From a virus, in IMG/VR virus record IMGVR_UViG_3300043399_000509: DNA of 64,000 nucleotides; one strand, given 5' to 3'. The position numbers and the translations under genes are program-made. The notes below the pieces were generated by a model that was not told the origin of the DNA, searched no databases, and saw only the letters and a list, made by a program, of their open reading frames with translations. Below, in pieces: positions 38,921 through 48,979 of this stretch. How positions within the stretch are numbered: the first letter of the stretch is position 1; each line of letters opens with the position of its first letter.

Positions 38921-39645
38921 AGTTTATTTACCTCATTTATAATATATTGTTTATCAAAATCATTTTTGCAATAGGGCAGAACCCTTAGTAACATTAGAAT
39001 ATTCATTTCATTTGTAATATTAATATATTGTAATGCTTGACGGATGACTAATAGTTTTTCTTCCGCTTTGTATTTTTCATGACGAACAAACCATTTACAA
39101 ATCAAATCCTGATTTAGTTTTGCCAAATCAAATACAATCGAATCATATTCACTTGTAATCAAATCAATGAAAACAAACCTATCGGCTTTCATATCGTAAA
39201 GAATGTTTTCTAATGTCAAATCTCCCAGATACTTGGTACTGAATACCATCCTTGGTAGTCTATCAATCAACATTTTTTTGGTAAATGGAAAGCTCCCAAA
39301 ATCAATGTTTTCAAGTTTTTGATGATATGTTTGTGTGTAATCCTTGAACTGCCCATCATACAATAATGTATCAATGCTGTCAAGAAAAAAGTCTATAAGT
39401 TTATCTGGATTGTTATATGATAGATATGTTTTCATATCAAGCCCATGAATATATTCCATATCTAGTATATCACCAGATACCGAATAAATCTTTGGTACAT
39501 TTACAATACCAGAAAGGGATTGAAGTCTTTCAACATTTCTGGCAACATTACCTATCTTACGAACAAATAGTTTTTCACTGTCCTGTATAAGATAGACTTT
39601 GCTGCCAGAATGTCCTTGTAGTTCCTTTATTACTTTTTCTTCCAT
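38911..39645 (-). CDS. APH/choline kinase-like sugar kinase
   Basis: GHSGS, GDLTLENIL, FID. Confidence 0.7.
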   Translation of the reverse strand: MEEKVIKELQGHSGSKVYLIQDSEKLFVRKIGNVARNVERLQSLSGIVNVPKIYSVSGDILDMEYIHGLDMKTYLSYNNPDKLIDFFLDSIDTLLYDGQFKDYTQTYHQKLENIDFGSFPFTKKMLIDRLPRMVFSTKYLGDLTLENILYDMKADRFVFIDLITSEYDSIVFDLAKLNQDLICKWFVRHEKYKAEEKLLVIRQALQYINITNEMNILMLLRVLPYCKNDFDKQYIINEVNKLWM

Positions 39646-40337
39646 AGGGGCATATCATCACGAATCAAACTATGTGGTGTTCCATTATATAACCCTGGTG
39701 GAAACGGATTTTTCATATCAACATATATTAATCTTTCACCAACCAAACCATTATGGTGTAGATTAGCAGACATCATTTCTTCACCATTCATTTGATATCC
39801 AATCTTATAATACGTCTCCATGTTGATATATGTAGACATGTACTGATTCATAACATACGACGAACCAAATGCAAACTGATCATTTCCAAAGTCACGGGAG
39901 GGCACCATACGGCAGTTTGGAATGTATATTTTTGTTGGGTCTAGTTGATCAAATGGAATAGAAGAATTCAAAGCATAATCAAATCTAGTTTTCACAACCC
40001 AATCATACTGCTGTGTCTTTACCTCATGGTCAATCTTATACAGACAGGATCGAAACATTGAATAATAGGCATATGCTGAACTTGATGCTGGAAACTTTAC
40101 TGCATCAGGTGTGCGAGTATATTTGTTGTTTAGAACCTGTGAAAACACAAAGTATTCTTCTTCAACACCCTTTACTGGTTTATATAGATCAAATACATCA
40201 TTGTTGTCATACACACCATTTTTCCAGGTGTGAATGAAAATATCACAATCATGATGATCAAGAAGATTTCGTTTTAGATATTCATAACCTTGCTTATAGG
40301 CTCTGGGCTGACCAGAAATACATACCGCTATTCTCAT
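39630..40337 (-). CDS. Glycosyltransferase-like protein
   Basis: MRIAVCISGQPR, HTW, TRFD, NDQFAFG. Confidence 0.65.
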   Translation of the reverse strand: MRIAVCISGQPRAYKQGYEYLKRNLLDHHDCDIFIHTWKNGVYDNNDVFDLYKPVKGVEEEYFVFSQVLNNKYTRTPDAVKFPASSSAYAYYSMFRSCLYKIDHEVKTQQYDWVVKTRFDYALNSSIPFDQLDPTKIYIPNCRMVPSRDFGNDQFAFGSSYVMNQYMSTYINMETYYKIGYQMNGEEMMSANLHHNGLVGERLIYVDMKNPFPPGLYNGTPHSLIRDDMPLWKKK

Positions 40338-41200
40338 ATCACACCTTTATAAACATTATTCATAAACCATTTACTAAATCTATTTGTATCGAGTTTATTA
40401 TTTCTAGGATTTAGTACAGGCTTGTTCAACATATCATTATACTTATCATCGTTTTTATCAAGGTCTATGATAAAATCAATCATGTCTTCATCACTATCAA
40501 AATCATGTCGATTGATAAATGCATCTGGATTGAAATCTATTTCTACTGTTGGACTTCCCCAATAGATTGGAATAGTTGAGCAGTATAATGCATGAAATAT
40601 CTTCTCTGTCACATAACCAGGATATGATGAGTTCTCATAGCAAATATTGAACTTATGCTGTGCTAGAAAATGGAACTTGGATTTTTGAGCATTGATTCCA
40701 TCTCTTGGTAGTACAAACCCTACATTGTTGAAAAGTGGTCCTCCACTATTCACTCTCTTATAGTTCGATATCCTATGAAAGATATTATTTCTTTCTTGAC
40801 ATCCACCATTAGCAACCACAAAACTACAAAACTGTTTTTGGTCAGTAGAATATAGTCTGCCCTGTCTAATATCAGGCAATCCAATCTTCTTTAGATGAAC
40901 CCAGTTATCCAATACATACAAAGGAAGTCTATAATGCCTTGAATCTTCCATATGATCAAAAGACAAGAAGAAATCGGCATTATAGTTCCAAGGTCTTCGA
41001 TTTTCACCTGTAAAGAATATCTTCACACAGTTATTATATTTTAGATTACTTTGACCAAAGGTTTCATCAGCAAAGATGAGATATTCTGGATTCACATCAT
41101 CTCTAACAATATCAAATGCTGAGGATAGAGTATCAATAAAGAACTCGTCCATTGTTGGAAAGTAGTCTGTGAATCCAAGTTTTAGTAATGGCTTTGTCAT
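40334..41200 (-). CDS. GT10 alpha-1,3/4-fucosyltransferase
   Basis: HKFNICYENSSYPGYVTEKI...TIPIYWG (GT10 signature). Confidence 0.9.
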   Translation of the reverse strand: MTKPLLKLGFTDYFPTMDEFFIDTLSSAFDIVRDDVNPEYLIFADETFGQSNLKYNNCVKIFFTGENRRPWNYNADFFLSFDHMEDSRHYRLPLYVLDNWVHLKKIGLPDIRQGRLYSTDQKQFCSFVVANGGCQERNNIFHRISNYKRVNSGGPLFNNVGFVLPRDGINAQKSKFHFLAQHKFNICYENSSYPGYVTEKIFHALYCSTIPIYWGSPTVEIDFNPDAFINRHDFDSDEDMIDFIIDLDKNDDKYNDMLNKPVLNPRNNKLDTNRFSKWFMNNVYKGVI

Positions 41201-41814
41201 ACTGTGTATACCGCATCTCTACCATGAATCATTATCTGCAACTTGTAACCTTTACTGTGTAGAAAACTATCAATGTCTGGTGTTGGGTCTTCTATTGTAA
41301 TAACTGGTTTGTATTCATTGATTATGTTCTCTGCTCCATATAGGATATTCATCTCATATCCTTCAGTATCCAAAGCAATAAGATCACATGAAGCCAAACA
41401 CAAATCATCAATACGATATGTCGGTAGAAAAGATGATTCGGTTGGTCTTACAATGTTCATACCTTTGTTGTGTGCATTTGTTCTAAACACCTCAACAAGA
41501 CCATTGGACTTTCCCAATGCACCTTGTGCCTTGATAACATTATCAGTTTGACAGTTCAATGTCAAACAAAAAAAGTTTAGTGGGTCTGGTTCAAAGGTAT
41601 AGACAGTATCAAATGATTCGGCAAGTAATCTGGGGAATACTCCACAATAACCCCCAGCCTGAATAGCAACCCCTTTATTTTTTACAAGTCTACTCCATAC
41701 AGTGTTATATGCATCAAACCCTTCAAGGATTGATTCAAATGCAGTATCACCAATAATCTTCAACCATCGACGCTCACCGATAGTAACATTCTCAACCTGT
41801 TCTGCATATGACAT
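41197..41814 (-). CDS. FkbM-family methyltransferase
   Basis: IQAGGYCG, FEP, DTEGYE. Confidence 0.85.
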   Translation of the reverse strand: MSYAEQVENVTIGERRWLKIIGDTAFESILEGFDAYNTVWSRLVKNKGVAIQAGGYCGVFPRLLAESFDTVYTFEPDPLNFFCLTLNCQTDNVIKAQGALGKSNGLVEVFRTNAHNKGMNIVRPTESSFLPTYRIDDLCLASCDLIALDTEGYEMNILYGAENIINEYKPVITIEDPTPDIDSFLHSKGYKLQIMIHGRDAVYTV

Positions 41815-41817
41815 GTA

Positions 41818-42423
41818 TTATGCCTTCACCCAAAATGAAACCTGATTTTTTGATCGTAGGAGTGGAATACGAATCTTATTTTCATCCTTAAAGGATTTGA
41901 TAGCATCATGGACATGAGGAACATGTGTATCATGTATAAAAATATAACCGCCCGATTTGATCTTGGGATACCAATCTTTTAAGTCTCGTTTGATACCATC
42001 ATATGTATGATCCCCATCAAGTAAAACAAAGTCAAGGGACTCTTTACGAGAAGTCATAGCAGCCTTGTGTGAATCCATAACTTTTAGTTCATAACGATCC
42101 TTGTATGGTTCAAGGTTCTTTTCAGCAATAGTCTTATACTGATCCATATCTTCCTGACTTCTTACAGTTTCATAATCAGTATGGGGTTTATATGAATCAA
42201 CCCCATATAGCATTTTGATATTTGGACATTCTTCCAGGAGAACATACGAAGATTCACCTTTGAGAACACCCACCTCCACACCAGTAATATCATCACCACG
42301 CATTCTCTTGATATATGGAACCATGGCATAGGCAGATAAGAATGTGAAAGGCCACAGTCCTGCTGACTTACATTCTTCAATAGAAAAAAACTCTGGATTA
42401 CCAAGCATATCATACATCTCCAA
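41818..42423 (-). CDS. Class I SAM methyltransferase (Methyltransf_24-like)
   Basis: VEVGV, LDGDHTY, GG..HD. Confidence 0.85.
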   Translation of the reverse strand: MEMYDMLGNPEFFSIEECKSAGLWPFTFLSAYAMVPYIKRMRGDDITGVEVGVLKGESSYVLLEECPNIKMLYGVDSYKPHTDYETVRSQEDMDQYKTIAEKNLEPYKDRYELKVMDSHKAAMTSRKESLDFVLLDGDHTYDGIKRDLKDWYPKIKSGGYIFIHDTHVPHVHDAIKSFKDENKIRIPLLRSKNQVSFWVKA

Positions 42424-43312
42424 ACTTTGATTTAATCCTGCTCACGAGTTCTGGAATACGATCCCACTGATGAACAACCACAAATGGCTTATCATACTTA
42501 TTGACGATTGTACCATCCTCTTTTATTGTTGGTTGAGTATCCTCATAGTACATATAATATTTCTTCCAGTTTTCTGGATTGTCCTTTATCGAACCACCAA
42601 GATCACCTGATCCAGCTTCCACAGCCTTTACTGATGTTCCAAGTTGAACTGCCCAGCCATCATCATTGGTTGTAAACCATGTATCATTTAGAAATGGTTC
42701 TGTATTGATAAGGAAGTTATAAACAGCCTGATCAACAATAGAAATCTGTCGATTTACACTCATTTGGAAAATAAGAAGCATCAACCCCTTGACATGCATC
42801 ACATCTCCGGCAATAACACCAACATTGTTGATCATCTTGGTCTTGAGCTTATCATGGAAATATGGACCAAAGGTATCATAAAGATTCTTATTGCCCCAAG
42901 GCTCAAACTGATATTGCATACCCTCTGATGATGCAACAAGAGAATGGAAAACCATTCCGTTTTCTAACCATGTGGATGGATTATCCTGAAACACAACATC
43001 CCTAGTATCTGTTGTAATAACATTTCGATACTTATTACCATGAGTGTTCAAATAGTTCCACAAATAGAAAAATCTCTCGACATGAGGAGCACCATTGTTG
43101 TGTGCAACCACATCACCATTTTCCTTTTGCTTACCATAAAGAGCAAGTTCAACACCATTCTCTGTAAGTTTATCAATTGTTGCCTTTGTCATATTTGTAC
43201 CGACAATAGCAACATCACCAGTAAAGCCAGACTTACGAATAGAGTTTACCCAATACTTGAGTTTATCCCAATCATAACCAACGGCTGCACCAATAATCAA
43301 GTCTTTTTCCAA
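42410..43312 (-). CDS. Putative glycosyltransferase
   Basis: TDTRDVVFQ, NVGVIAG, DQAVYN, HQWDR. Confidence 0.7.
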   Translation of the reverse strand: MEKDLIIGAAVGYDWDKLKYWVNSIRKSGFTGDVAIVGTNMTKATIDKLTENGVELALYGKQKENGDVVAHNNGAPHVERFFYLWNYLNTHGNKYRNVITTDTRDVVFQDNPSTWLENGMVFHSLVASSEGMQYQFEPWGNKNLYDTFGPYFHDKLKTKMINNVGVIAGDVMHVKGLMLLIFQMSVNRQISIVDQAVYNFLINTEPFLNDTWFTTNDDGWAVQLGTSVKAVEAGSGDLGGSIKDNPENWKKYYMYYEDTQPTIKEDGTIVNKYDKPFVVVHQWDRIPELVSRIKSKFGDV

Positions 43313-44046
43313 GGGTATTCTCCATTATGCTTTTGTTTCATTATTTCATTATACTTTGAGAAGATATCAATATCTCCACCATATGCTTTATTCATGTCAG
43401 GTAGATTGTAGTTTAGAGTATGTAGACCAGTAGTATCATAGTTAGATTGATGTTTAACAAACGTGAAGAACCGGCGATCACCACCCCAACCATAATGCCA
43501 TATTTGGCATACATTTATGAACCATTCCCTTTTGAAGCAATATGATGATGTGTCAACCAGATGCTGAGTACCATCAGACCATGCTATGGGCCATCTTCCA
43601 ATAGCCTCACAACAATCATCAGCCAAGTATTCATCGCCAACATATACTTTACGCAAGGAATAGGCAAAGTCAAGTTGTTTTTCTTCTATTGTATTGACAA
43701 GAGATTCAATATGATTTTCATCAAACCAGTTGTCTTCATCCAAAAATGCAATATAATCAGTATTGATTAGGTGTGGAAAAGCTGCATAGATACGGTGCCC
43801 ATAGAAACCATTTGATCCCGTATTTTCAGGTAGAGTTGCAAACCGAACATATTCATCTTGGTTTAGATTTCGGGATTGCTCAAAAATATCTATTGTTTTC
43901 TGATAATGATGTGGTCCATCAATAACCAATAGATGATGAATATTTTTATAAGTTTGATTATGTACGCTTTGAATACATTTTAGTAGTTTATCATTACCAG
44001 TTGTTGGTGTTAGAACCGTAACTGACTTTTCTATTTTCAGTTCCAT
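43297..44046 (-). CDS. GT2 glycosyltransferase
   Basis: SVHNQTY, FLDEDN. Confidence 0.8.
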   Translation of the reverse strand: MELKIEKSVTVLTPTTGNDKLLKCIQSVHNQTYKNIHHLLVIDGPHHYQKTIDIFEQSRNLNQDEYVRFATLPENTGSNGFYGHRIYAAFPHLINTDYIAFLDEDNWFDENHIESLVNTIEEKQLDFAYSLRKVYVGDEYLADDCCEAIGRWPIAWSDGTQHLVDTSSYCFKREWFINVCQIWHYGWGGDRRFFTFVKHQSNYDTTGLHTLNYNLPDMNKAYGGDIDIFSKYNEIMKQKHNGEYPWKKT

Positions 44047-44049
44047 ATA

Positions 44050-44616
44050 TTACTCCGCATAGTGTAGGTAAGAACTCAATAAAAACTTTTCGCCTTTGAT
44101 GACTGGACAGCCTTTATGTGGAAATAACCACATGGGTGGAAACATAAACACACTACCCTTGTTTGGTTTATTACTAATACCAAGAAGTGGAAAATCAGTA
44201 TGACCACCTTCTTCAACATCATTGAGGTACCAGAAGAATACAAGGAATCTTTTGGCTGTTGAGTTGGAAACAGCATCAACATGAGTATCAAACTCATCAA
44301 TGCCGTTAGCTTGATAATGCTTTATTCTAAACTCTTCAAAAGCATACTTTTCTGGCCAATAAGTAGTTTCTTCAGGCAAACGAGATTTATATTCATTGAT
44401 AAGAGAGAATGACATGCCCATGATATAATCATGTATCACAGGATGAATCATTTGATGTTTGGTTAGATTTAGTTGAGTAAAGTTGGGTCTGGCTTTTTGA
44501 TCATATCGTTCATGTAGTTGAGGGTTTGTACGAAACAAAGAAACCATCTCGTCACAAACCCTTGGGTCTAATGTATTATCTTTTGAGAAACAGAAATCAC
44601 TCAATATTCTATTCAT
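44050..44616 (-). CDS. 2OG-Fe(II) oxygenase
   Basis: HVD, YLNDVEEGG, HKG; start codon uncertain. Confidence 0.85.
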   Translation of the reverse strand: MNRILSDFCFSKDNTLDPRVCDEMVSLFRTNPQLHERYDQKARPNFTQLNLTKHQMIHPVIHDYIMGMSFSLINEYKSRLPEETTYWPEKYAFEEFRIKHYQANGIDEFDTHVDAVSNSTAKRFLVFFWYLNDVEEGGHTDFPLLGISNKPNKGSVFMFPPMWLFPHKGCPVIKGEKFLLSSYLHYAE

Positions 44617-44665
44617 AATAAAAAGCCTTTCACAGTCAATAGTATATAGTAATATTTTTACAGTA

Positions 44666-45538
44666 TCATAGTCTGGCGAACTGGAAATGCATCCAGTCGT
44701 AATTCCTTTCAATACCTAGTGAAATAGCACCTTCATCATATACAAATTCCCAGAACTTCTTGTATACTGGTCTTGCTAATGTAGCATTGCTGCGACCCCA
44801 TTTCAACTGGTTATTATCAGGATCGATATCAACTGCGATACCCCAGGAATGCATTGACCATGCAGAACCGCCACGCATCTTACGAACATTCAATGTGCCG
44901 CCCCACATATCAAGGCGAAGCTCACGAATCTTTTCCATACCATAATAATCAAGTGTACGCTGAAAGATTCGCTCCATATTGTCATGAACTTTTCTGTGGC
45001 AGGACCATGAACGAACAGTTTGCTTTGGTTCCCAAGCAATACGCATTGGATATGGTAGATTTAGAGTTACCTGATTTGACCCAGGTTTACCATAAAATGA
45101 TGTACAATCACTTTGTCTTGGCCAGTTTGATGCTGGTGTTTCTTTTACAGGCTTAGCTGTAGGAACAGGGGCAGGAGCAGGCTTTGCTCTGGCTTCATTG
45201 ATATCTTCGATTCTATCCCGCCAAGTTGTAGCCAATTGTGCTGTGTATGCTTCTCGGGCATAGTTTGTCTGTGGGCCAACCAACCCATCAATGTCTAATC
45301 CAGTTGAACCTTGAATCTTCATTGAACGATATACTGCTTGCTCAGCCGCAGTGGTGAGTCTCTTATTATTCCAACCCTTGGTATCGATCTTATATGACTT
45401 CAATAGACTTTGAATAGCAGCAATTGTTGCCGCATCAATCTTGCCGTTAATATCACCATTATAGTGATTGTCAGCCTTTAGTAGAATTTGAATAGCAAAG
45501 TTGATATTCTCAACATGTTTTATTGTTGTGGTTGTCAT
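44666..45538 (-). CDS. Endolysin: peptidoglycan-binding domains plus M15 peptidase
   Basis: DGLVGPQT; R...SMHSWGIAVD...DWMHFQ. Confidence 0.88.
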   Translation of the reverse strand: MTTTTIKHVENINFAIQILLKADNHYNGDINGKIDAATIAAIQSLLKSYKIDTKGWNNKRLTTAAEQAVYRSMKIQGSTGLDIDGLVGPQTNYAREAYTAQLATTWRDRIEDINEARAKPAPAPVPTAKPVKETPASNWPRQSDCTSFYGKPGSNQVTLNLPYPMRIAWEPKQTVRSWSCHRKVHDNMERIFQRTLDYYGMEKIRELRLDMWGGTLNVRKMRGGSAWSMHSWGIAVDIDPDNNQLKWGRSNATLARPVYKKFWEFVYDEGAISLGIERNYDWMHFQFARL

Positions 45539-45599
45539 TGGCTTTCTTTTTCACTCCGTATGTTATAAATTCCCATTCCTCTATAGTGTATGGTAACAT
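45510..45599 (-). CDS. 29-aa peptide overlapping the endolysin start
   Basis: MLPYTIEEWEFITYGVKKKANDNHNNKTC; AGGAGA RBS. Confidence 0.45.
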   Translation of the reverse strand: MLPYTIEEWEFITYGVKKKANDNHNNKTC

Positions 45600-45626
45600 T
45601 TTAGTTCTCCTGATATATATGAGACG

Positions 45627-45656
45627 AAATAGGCGGGGTTTTACCCCCGCCCATCT
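45627..45656 (-). terminator. Intrinsic terminator
   Basis: GGCGGGG/CCCCGCC stem followed by TATTT. Confidence 0.65.
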
Positions 45657-45660
45657 TTAC

Positions 45661-45807
45661 TTACTTTGCTGGCTCAGTCGTTGCTGGTGCAGTTACAGCA
45701 GGAGCATCCTTCTTTTCGGAGTTTCCATTTGTTACATCACCCTGTACCTTACAGGCACCAAGAGCAACAGCAGATAGTGCAGCAAGTGTAATTGCAAATA
45801 GACGCAT
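45661..45807 (-). CDS. Small lipoprotein (48 aa)
   Basis: MRLFAITLAALSAVALGAC lipobox; AAAGGA RBS. Confidence 0.7.
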   Translation of the reverse strand: MRLFAITLAALSAVALGACKVQGDVTNGNSEKKDAPAVTAPATTEPAK

Positions 45808-45826
45808 GATATAGTCCTTTCTCATA

Positions 45827-46372
45827 TTAGAGATTTAGATTTTCTAGTCGGTCTCTTTCTAGTGCATCCCGATCAAGATTACCAAGATTAACATTACCAA
45901 TGTCAGCATTACCAAGGTCAACATGGAAAATTCTGCGTTCATTGATTTCAATCTTCTTAGCTTTCTTTGATTCAGGAATAAATCGCTCAAGCCAAATCTT
46001 GAGCATTCCGTTGATAAGATCGGCATTCTTTACTTCAATTGTGTCAGCAAGAGTAAACTTGCGAGTGAAGGCCCGATCTGCAATGCCCTTGAAAACATAA
46101 TCATGTGTATCGTCTGTGGAAACAGAGCCTTTGATTGTAAGCACTCCATCTTCAAGCACAAGTTCAATGTCCTGTTTGCCAAATCCGGCAACAGCCATTT
46201 CAATCACATAAGTGTTTTCTCCGGTCTTTTTGATATTGTATGGAGGATAGGAAGGAAGTTTGGCTAAGTTGGTGTGAAAGTCACTCATCTTTTTGAAAAC
46301 ATCATCAAAGCCTACAGCACCCTTAGCAAAGTCATTTAGAAGTGATGTATTGAAAATATCTAGTTTAGTCAT
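45827..46372 (-). CDS. Small heat-shock protein (IbpA/Hsp20)
   Basis: YPPYNI, AVAGF, GIADRAFTRKF, NGML. Confidence 0.95.
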   Translation of the reverse strand: MTKLDIFNTSLLNDFAKGAVGFDDVFKKMSDFHTNLAKLPSYPPYNIKKTGENTYVIEMAVAGFGKQDIELVLEDGVLTIKGSVSTDDTHDYVFKGIADRAFTRKFTLADTIEVKNADLINGMLKIWLERFIPESKKAKKIEINERRIFHVDLGNADIGNVNLGNLDRDALERDRLENLNL

Positions 46373-46472
46373 TGTTCATACTCCTTGAATAAGCGAGTTG
46401 TTTTTAGTTAGTTATTCTTCCGTTCGGCAAGAATGGGTGTTGGGTACGCAAAACCTTTTTAACCCCAACACC
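46370..46472 (-). promoter_or_regulatory. ROSE-like RNA thermometer in the hsp20 5' UTR
   Basis: ACUC(G)CU pairs with the AGGAGU SD leaving a bulged G; two upstream hairpins; promoter TTGACA-N17-TATATA at 46477-46505. Confidence 0.75.
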
Positions 46473-46509
46473 ATTATATATAACACATTTTATGTGGTTT
46501 GTCAAGTGG

Positions 46510-46803
46510 TTAGTAACAAAAAGTATCACCGCTTCCTTCAGCAGTTTGATTTTCAGTTGGAGCAAGATGTTTCGGGCTTGCACAATCACTTGTTGTTTGA
46601 TCCGGCCCATGAACAATGATATTCTTATTTTCTACAAATATTGTAGACCCTGTGGTGTTTGTTAAAGCACCACCCCCGTGTGTATTTTTATCACCAACAA
46701 CAGCCCAAAGTTGATTATTTACATAAACCGTGGATTGTCCTGTTACCACTGTTGTGGCACCACAAGCACGAGAATGGCCATGAATGTGTGCTGCCTTTGC
46801 CAT
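46510..46803 (-). CDS. PAAR-domain spike-tip protein (gp5.4-like)
   Basis: GHSRACG, TVYVNN, GD..THGG, GSGDTF. Confidence 0.75.
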   Translation of the reverse strand: MAKAAHIHGHSRACGATTVVTGQSTVYVNNQLWAVVGDKNTHGGGALTNTTGSTIFVENKNIIVHGPDQTTSDCASPKHLAPTENQTAEGSGDTFCY

Positions 46804-47096
46804 TATGAACCACACCTACAAGTTCCACAACCACAATCACTCTTTTCATAATCGTCAGTTGTTTCTGTTTTTTTATGTGGGTTCAAATGAATAGAATCAT
46901 CACCCTTGAGTACCAACTTTTCCTTGGCATGAATCTCAATGTTATCAGCATTGAAGTTCATTTTTTCCGATTCAAATCTCATTTCTTTAGCACCTACTAC
47001 ATCAACTGTGCCATCAGGATTGATAGTAACCGTAACACCATAGGCACTAAGAACTTCTTTTGAAGGTACCAAATATCGTAGATTAGACTTTGGCAT
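46803..47096 (-). CDS. Hypothetical protein, possible spike-related beta-helix
   Basis: ...IEIHAKEKLVLKG..IHLN resembles gp5 C-termini; adjacent to PAAR. Confidence 0.4.
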   Translation of the reverse strand: MPKSNLRYLVPSKEVLSAYGVTVTINPDGTVDVVGAKEMRFESEKMNFNADNIEIHAKEKLVLKGDDSIHLNPHKKTETTDDYEKSDCGCGTCRCGS

Positions 47097-47604
47097 CTGC
47101 TTTTACTCCGGTTGAACCAAGACCGCCAACTCTATCTGTTCTTTGCTTTGGGGCCTCTGTTGTTTCTTCAATGATATATGAAAGACTTTTCACAAGTTCT
47201 GCCTGTGCAATTCTATCGCCATTTGAGATTCTAACCTTATTGCTTGATGTATTCTTTAGAATGATGAATGTTTCCTGGAAATAGTCTGAGTCAATCACAG
47301 CTTCAAGATTGGCAAGGACAATACCCTGCTTATATGAAAGACCAGATCGTGGATGAATACGAACAGAATGTCCTTTTGGAATATCAAAGATAAGTCCTGT
47401 TGGAACAAGAACTCGGTCTCCAGGCATAATGGTTATTTCATTGTTACTGGTAAGCAAACCTTCAAAAGGTGTGTTTGTTTCTTTATATCCATTGTATGTC
47501 TGCTTACCAAAAAACTGGGCAGCAATATCAAAACATGCTGCTTCCTGTGTAGCAAATGATGGTAACTTGACTTCAGGATGAGTTTTATAAATCTTCAGTT
47601 TCAT
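47083..47604 (-). CDS. dut: Trimeric dUTPase
   Basis: ACFDI, PRSGL, IDSDY, GDRIAQ, RVGGLGSTG. Confidence 0.95.
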   Translation of the reverse strand: MKLKIYKTHPEVKLPSFATQEAACFDIAAQFFGKQTYNGYKETNTPFEGLLTSNNEITIMPGDRVLVPTGLIFDIPKGHSVRIHPRSGLSYKQGIVLANLEAVIDSDYFQETFIILKNTSSNKVRISNGDRIAQAELVKSLSYIIEETTEAPKQRTDRVGGLGSTGVKADAKV

Positions 47605-47634
47605 TCATTTCTCCATAATAAAGTTTATGTATAG

Positions 47635-48978
47635 TTAAGTTATTTCTTCCCAATCAATAGTGGCAAAAATATCATCACCAGCCTTTGATGTCTGTGCCGC
47701 AATCATAAAGACTGTGTTAGTTCCATTGAAAGAGTTTCTTTCAAGCTGATATTTAAATAGTCCATCTCCAAGTTTTACTGGTGTTGATGCTTGGTTTGTC
47801 ACAGTCACAAATCCAGAAACAAAGTCTGTGCCTCCTGTAAATGAGGCAGCATTGATATTATACTGAACCGATGAATCTGTTCCTCCACTTATCCACAATC
47901 CACCCGTAACATCGGCACCGACAACAACCTTATACTTTACGACTGAACCAGAAGCAGACGCAGCCGCAATATTTACATCCTTGGGAATAACAATAGCACC
48001 ATCCCGTTCAGATTTCAAGCGAATACATACCACTGGATACCAAGTATCTGCTGATGCCAGATCATAACCTGTGTTCGCACCATGACCAACCGATCTTGGA
48101 CGACCTCTTAGGTCATAACCACCCTCTGAAATGACTGATGCACAAACAATACGAAGATTGCTGGCATTACTAGTGTTAGCGGTGTTCTGAATCTCTGCAC
48201 GAACTGGTAAGCAGGCTGTTCCCATATAAGGAGCATCAAGAATATTGGCGTGATGGAATGAATGACAATGAATCAATCTACCGTTGATAACAAAGCCACA
48301 CCGAACTGAACCCATACCAAGCCATTCAATATCAATAAACATGATCTGGGCCTTTGACATATCCAAAGTAAGACCAGATGGATTACGATTTTGAACGGGC
48401 TGACCTTCAGTCCATGCACCTGTATTTGTGCCGTCAAGAGTATCAATATTCCAGTCAGCCTTGGCTACACGGATTTCCTGAACTGTACCATTTGAGTTTG
48501 TGCGTTTCACAAAATAAAGATTGTGTCCGTCCTGCTCAATAAAGATACCGTTCTGTGTTCCAAAGTATCCATATCTTTGTCTCAGGCCAGTCTGGGCTGG
48601 TGCCATGACATAGGTCTGTAGAATCTGTAGAGACTTACCGGGCTGATATGCAAACACACGAGAAGACTCACGATAGACATAGGCACCATTTGATGTGCCA
48701 AGTGAGCAAATGATTGATGATGAGTTGGCATCATGTCTATAAGAACTATCAAAAGCAGAGTTGGCAGTATTGATCCTACCATTATCCTGATAACGGTGGA
48801 AGGAATCAAAGAGAGTTAGTGGTTGTGAAATTCTGGCTCGACCGAAAGCATCAACAGCCATACCTGATGGATTTGCTCCACCAATAACATTACCGTACTG
48901 ATCTGCCAACATGACAGTTTCAAATAGGGTTTTTTCTTGTGGTAAGAACTGGTTGGTGTCTTTACGATACTGTGCCAT
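47635..48978 (-). CDS. Putative virion structural protein
   Basis: DAFGRARIS, YQPGKS, IEWLGMG, DWEE; conserved myovirus family. Confidence 0.65.
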   Translation of the reverse strand: MAQYRKDTNQFLPQEKTLFETVMLADQYGNVIGGANPSGMAVDAFGRARISQPLTLFDSFHRYQDNGRINTANSAFDSSYRHDANSSSIICSLGTSNGAYVYRESSRVFAYQPGKSLQILQTYVMAPAQTGLRQRYGYFGTQNGIFIEQDGHNLYFVKRTNSNGTVQEIRVAKADWNIDTLDGTNTGAWTEGQPVQNRNPSGLTLDMSKAQIMFIDIEWLGMGSVRCGFVINGRLIHCHSFHHANILDAPYMGTACLPVRAEIQNTANTSNASNLRIVCASVISEGGYDLRGRPRSVGHGANTGYDLASADTWYPVVCIRLKSERDGAIVIPKDVNIAAASASGSVVKYKVVVGADVTGGLWISGGTDSSVQYNINAASFTGGTDFVSGFVTVTNQASTPVKLGDGLFKYQLERNSFNGTNTVFMIAAQTSKAGDDIFATIDWEEIT

Positions 48979-48979
48979 T

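Noticed and set aside
46398-46619. Short ORFs upstream of hsp20
   Set aside because: They overlap the PAAR gene, the promoter and the structured 5' UTR, which explain the sequence better.
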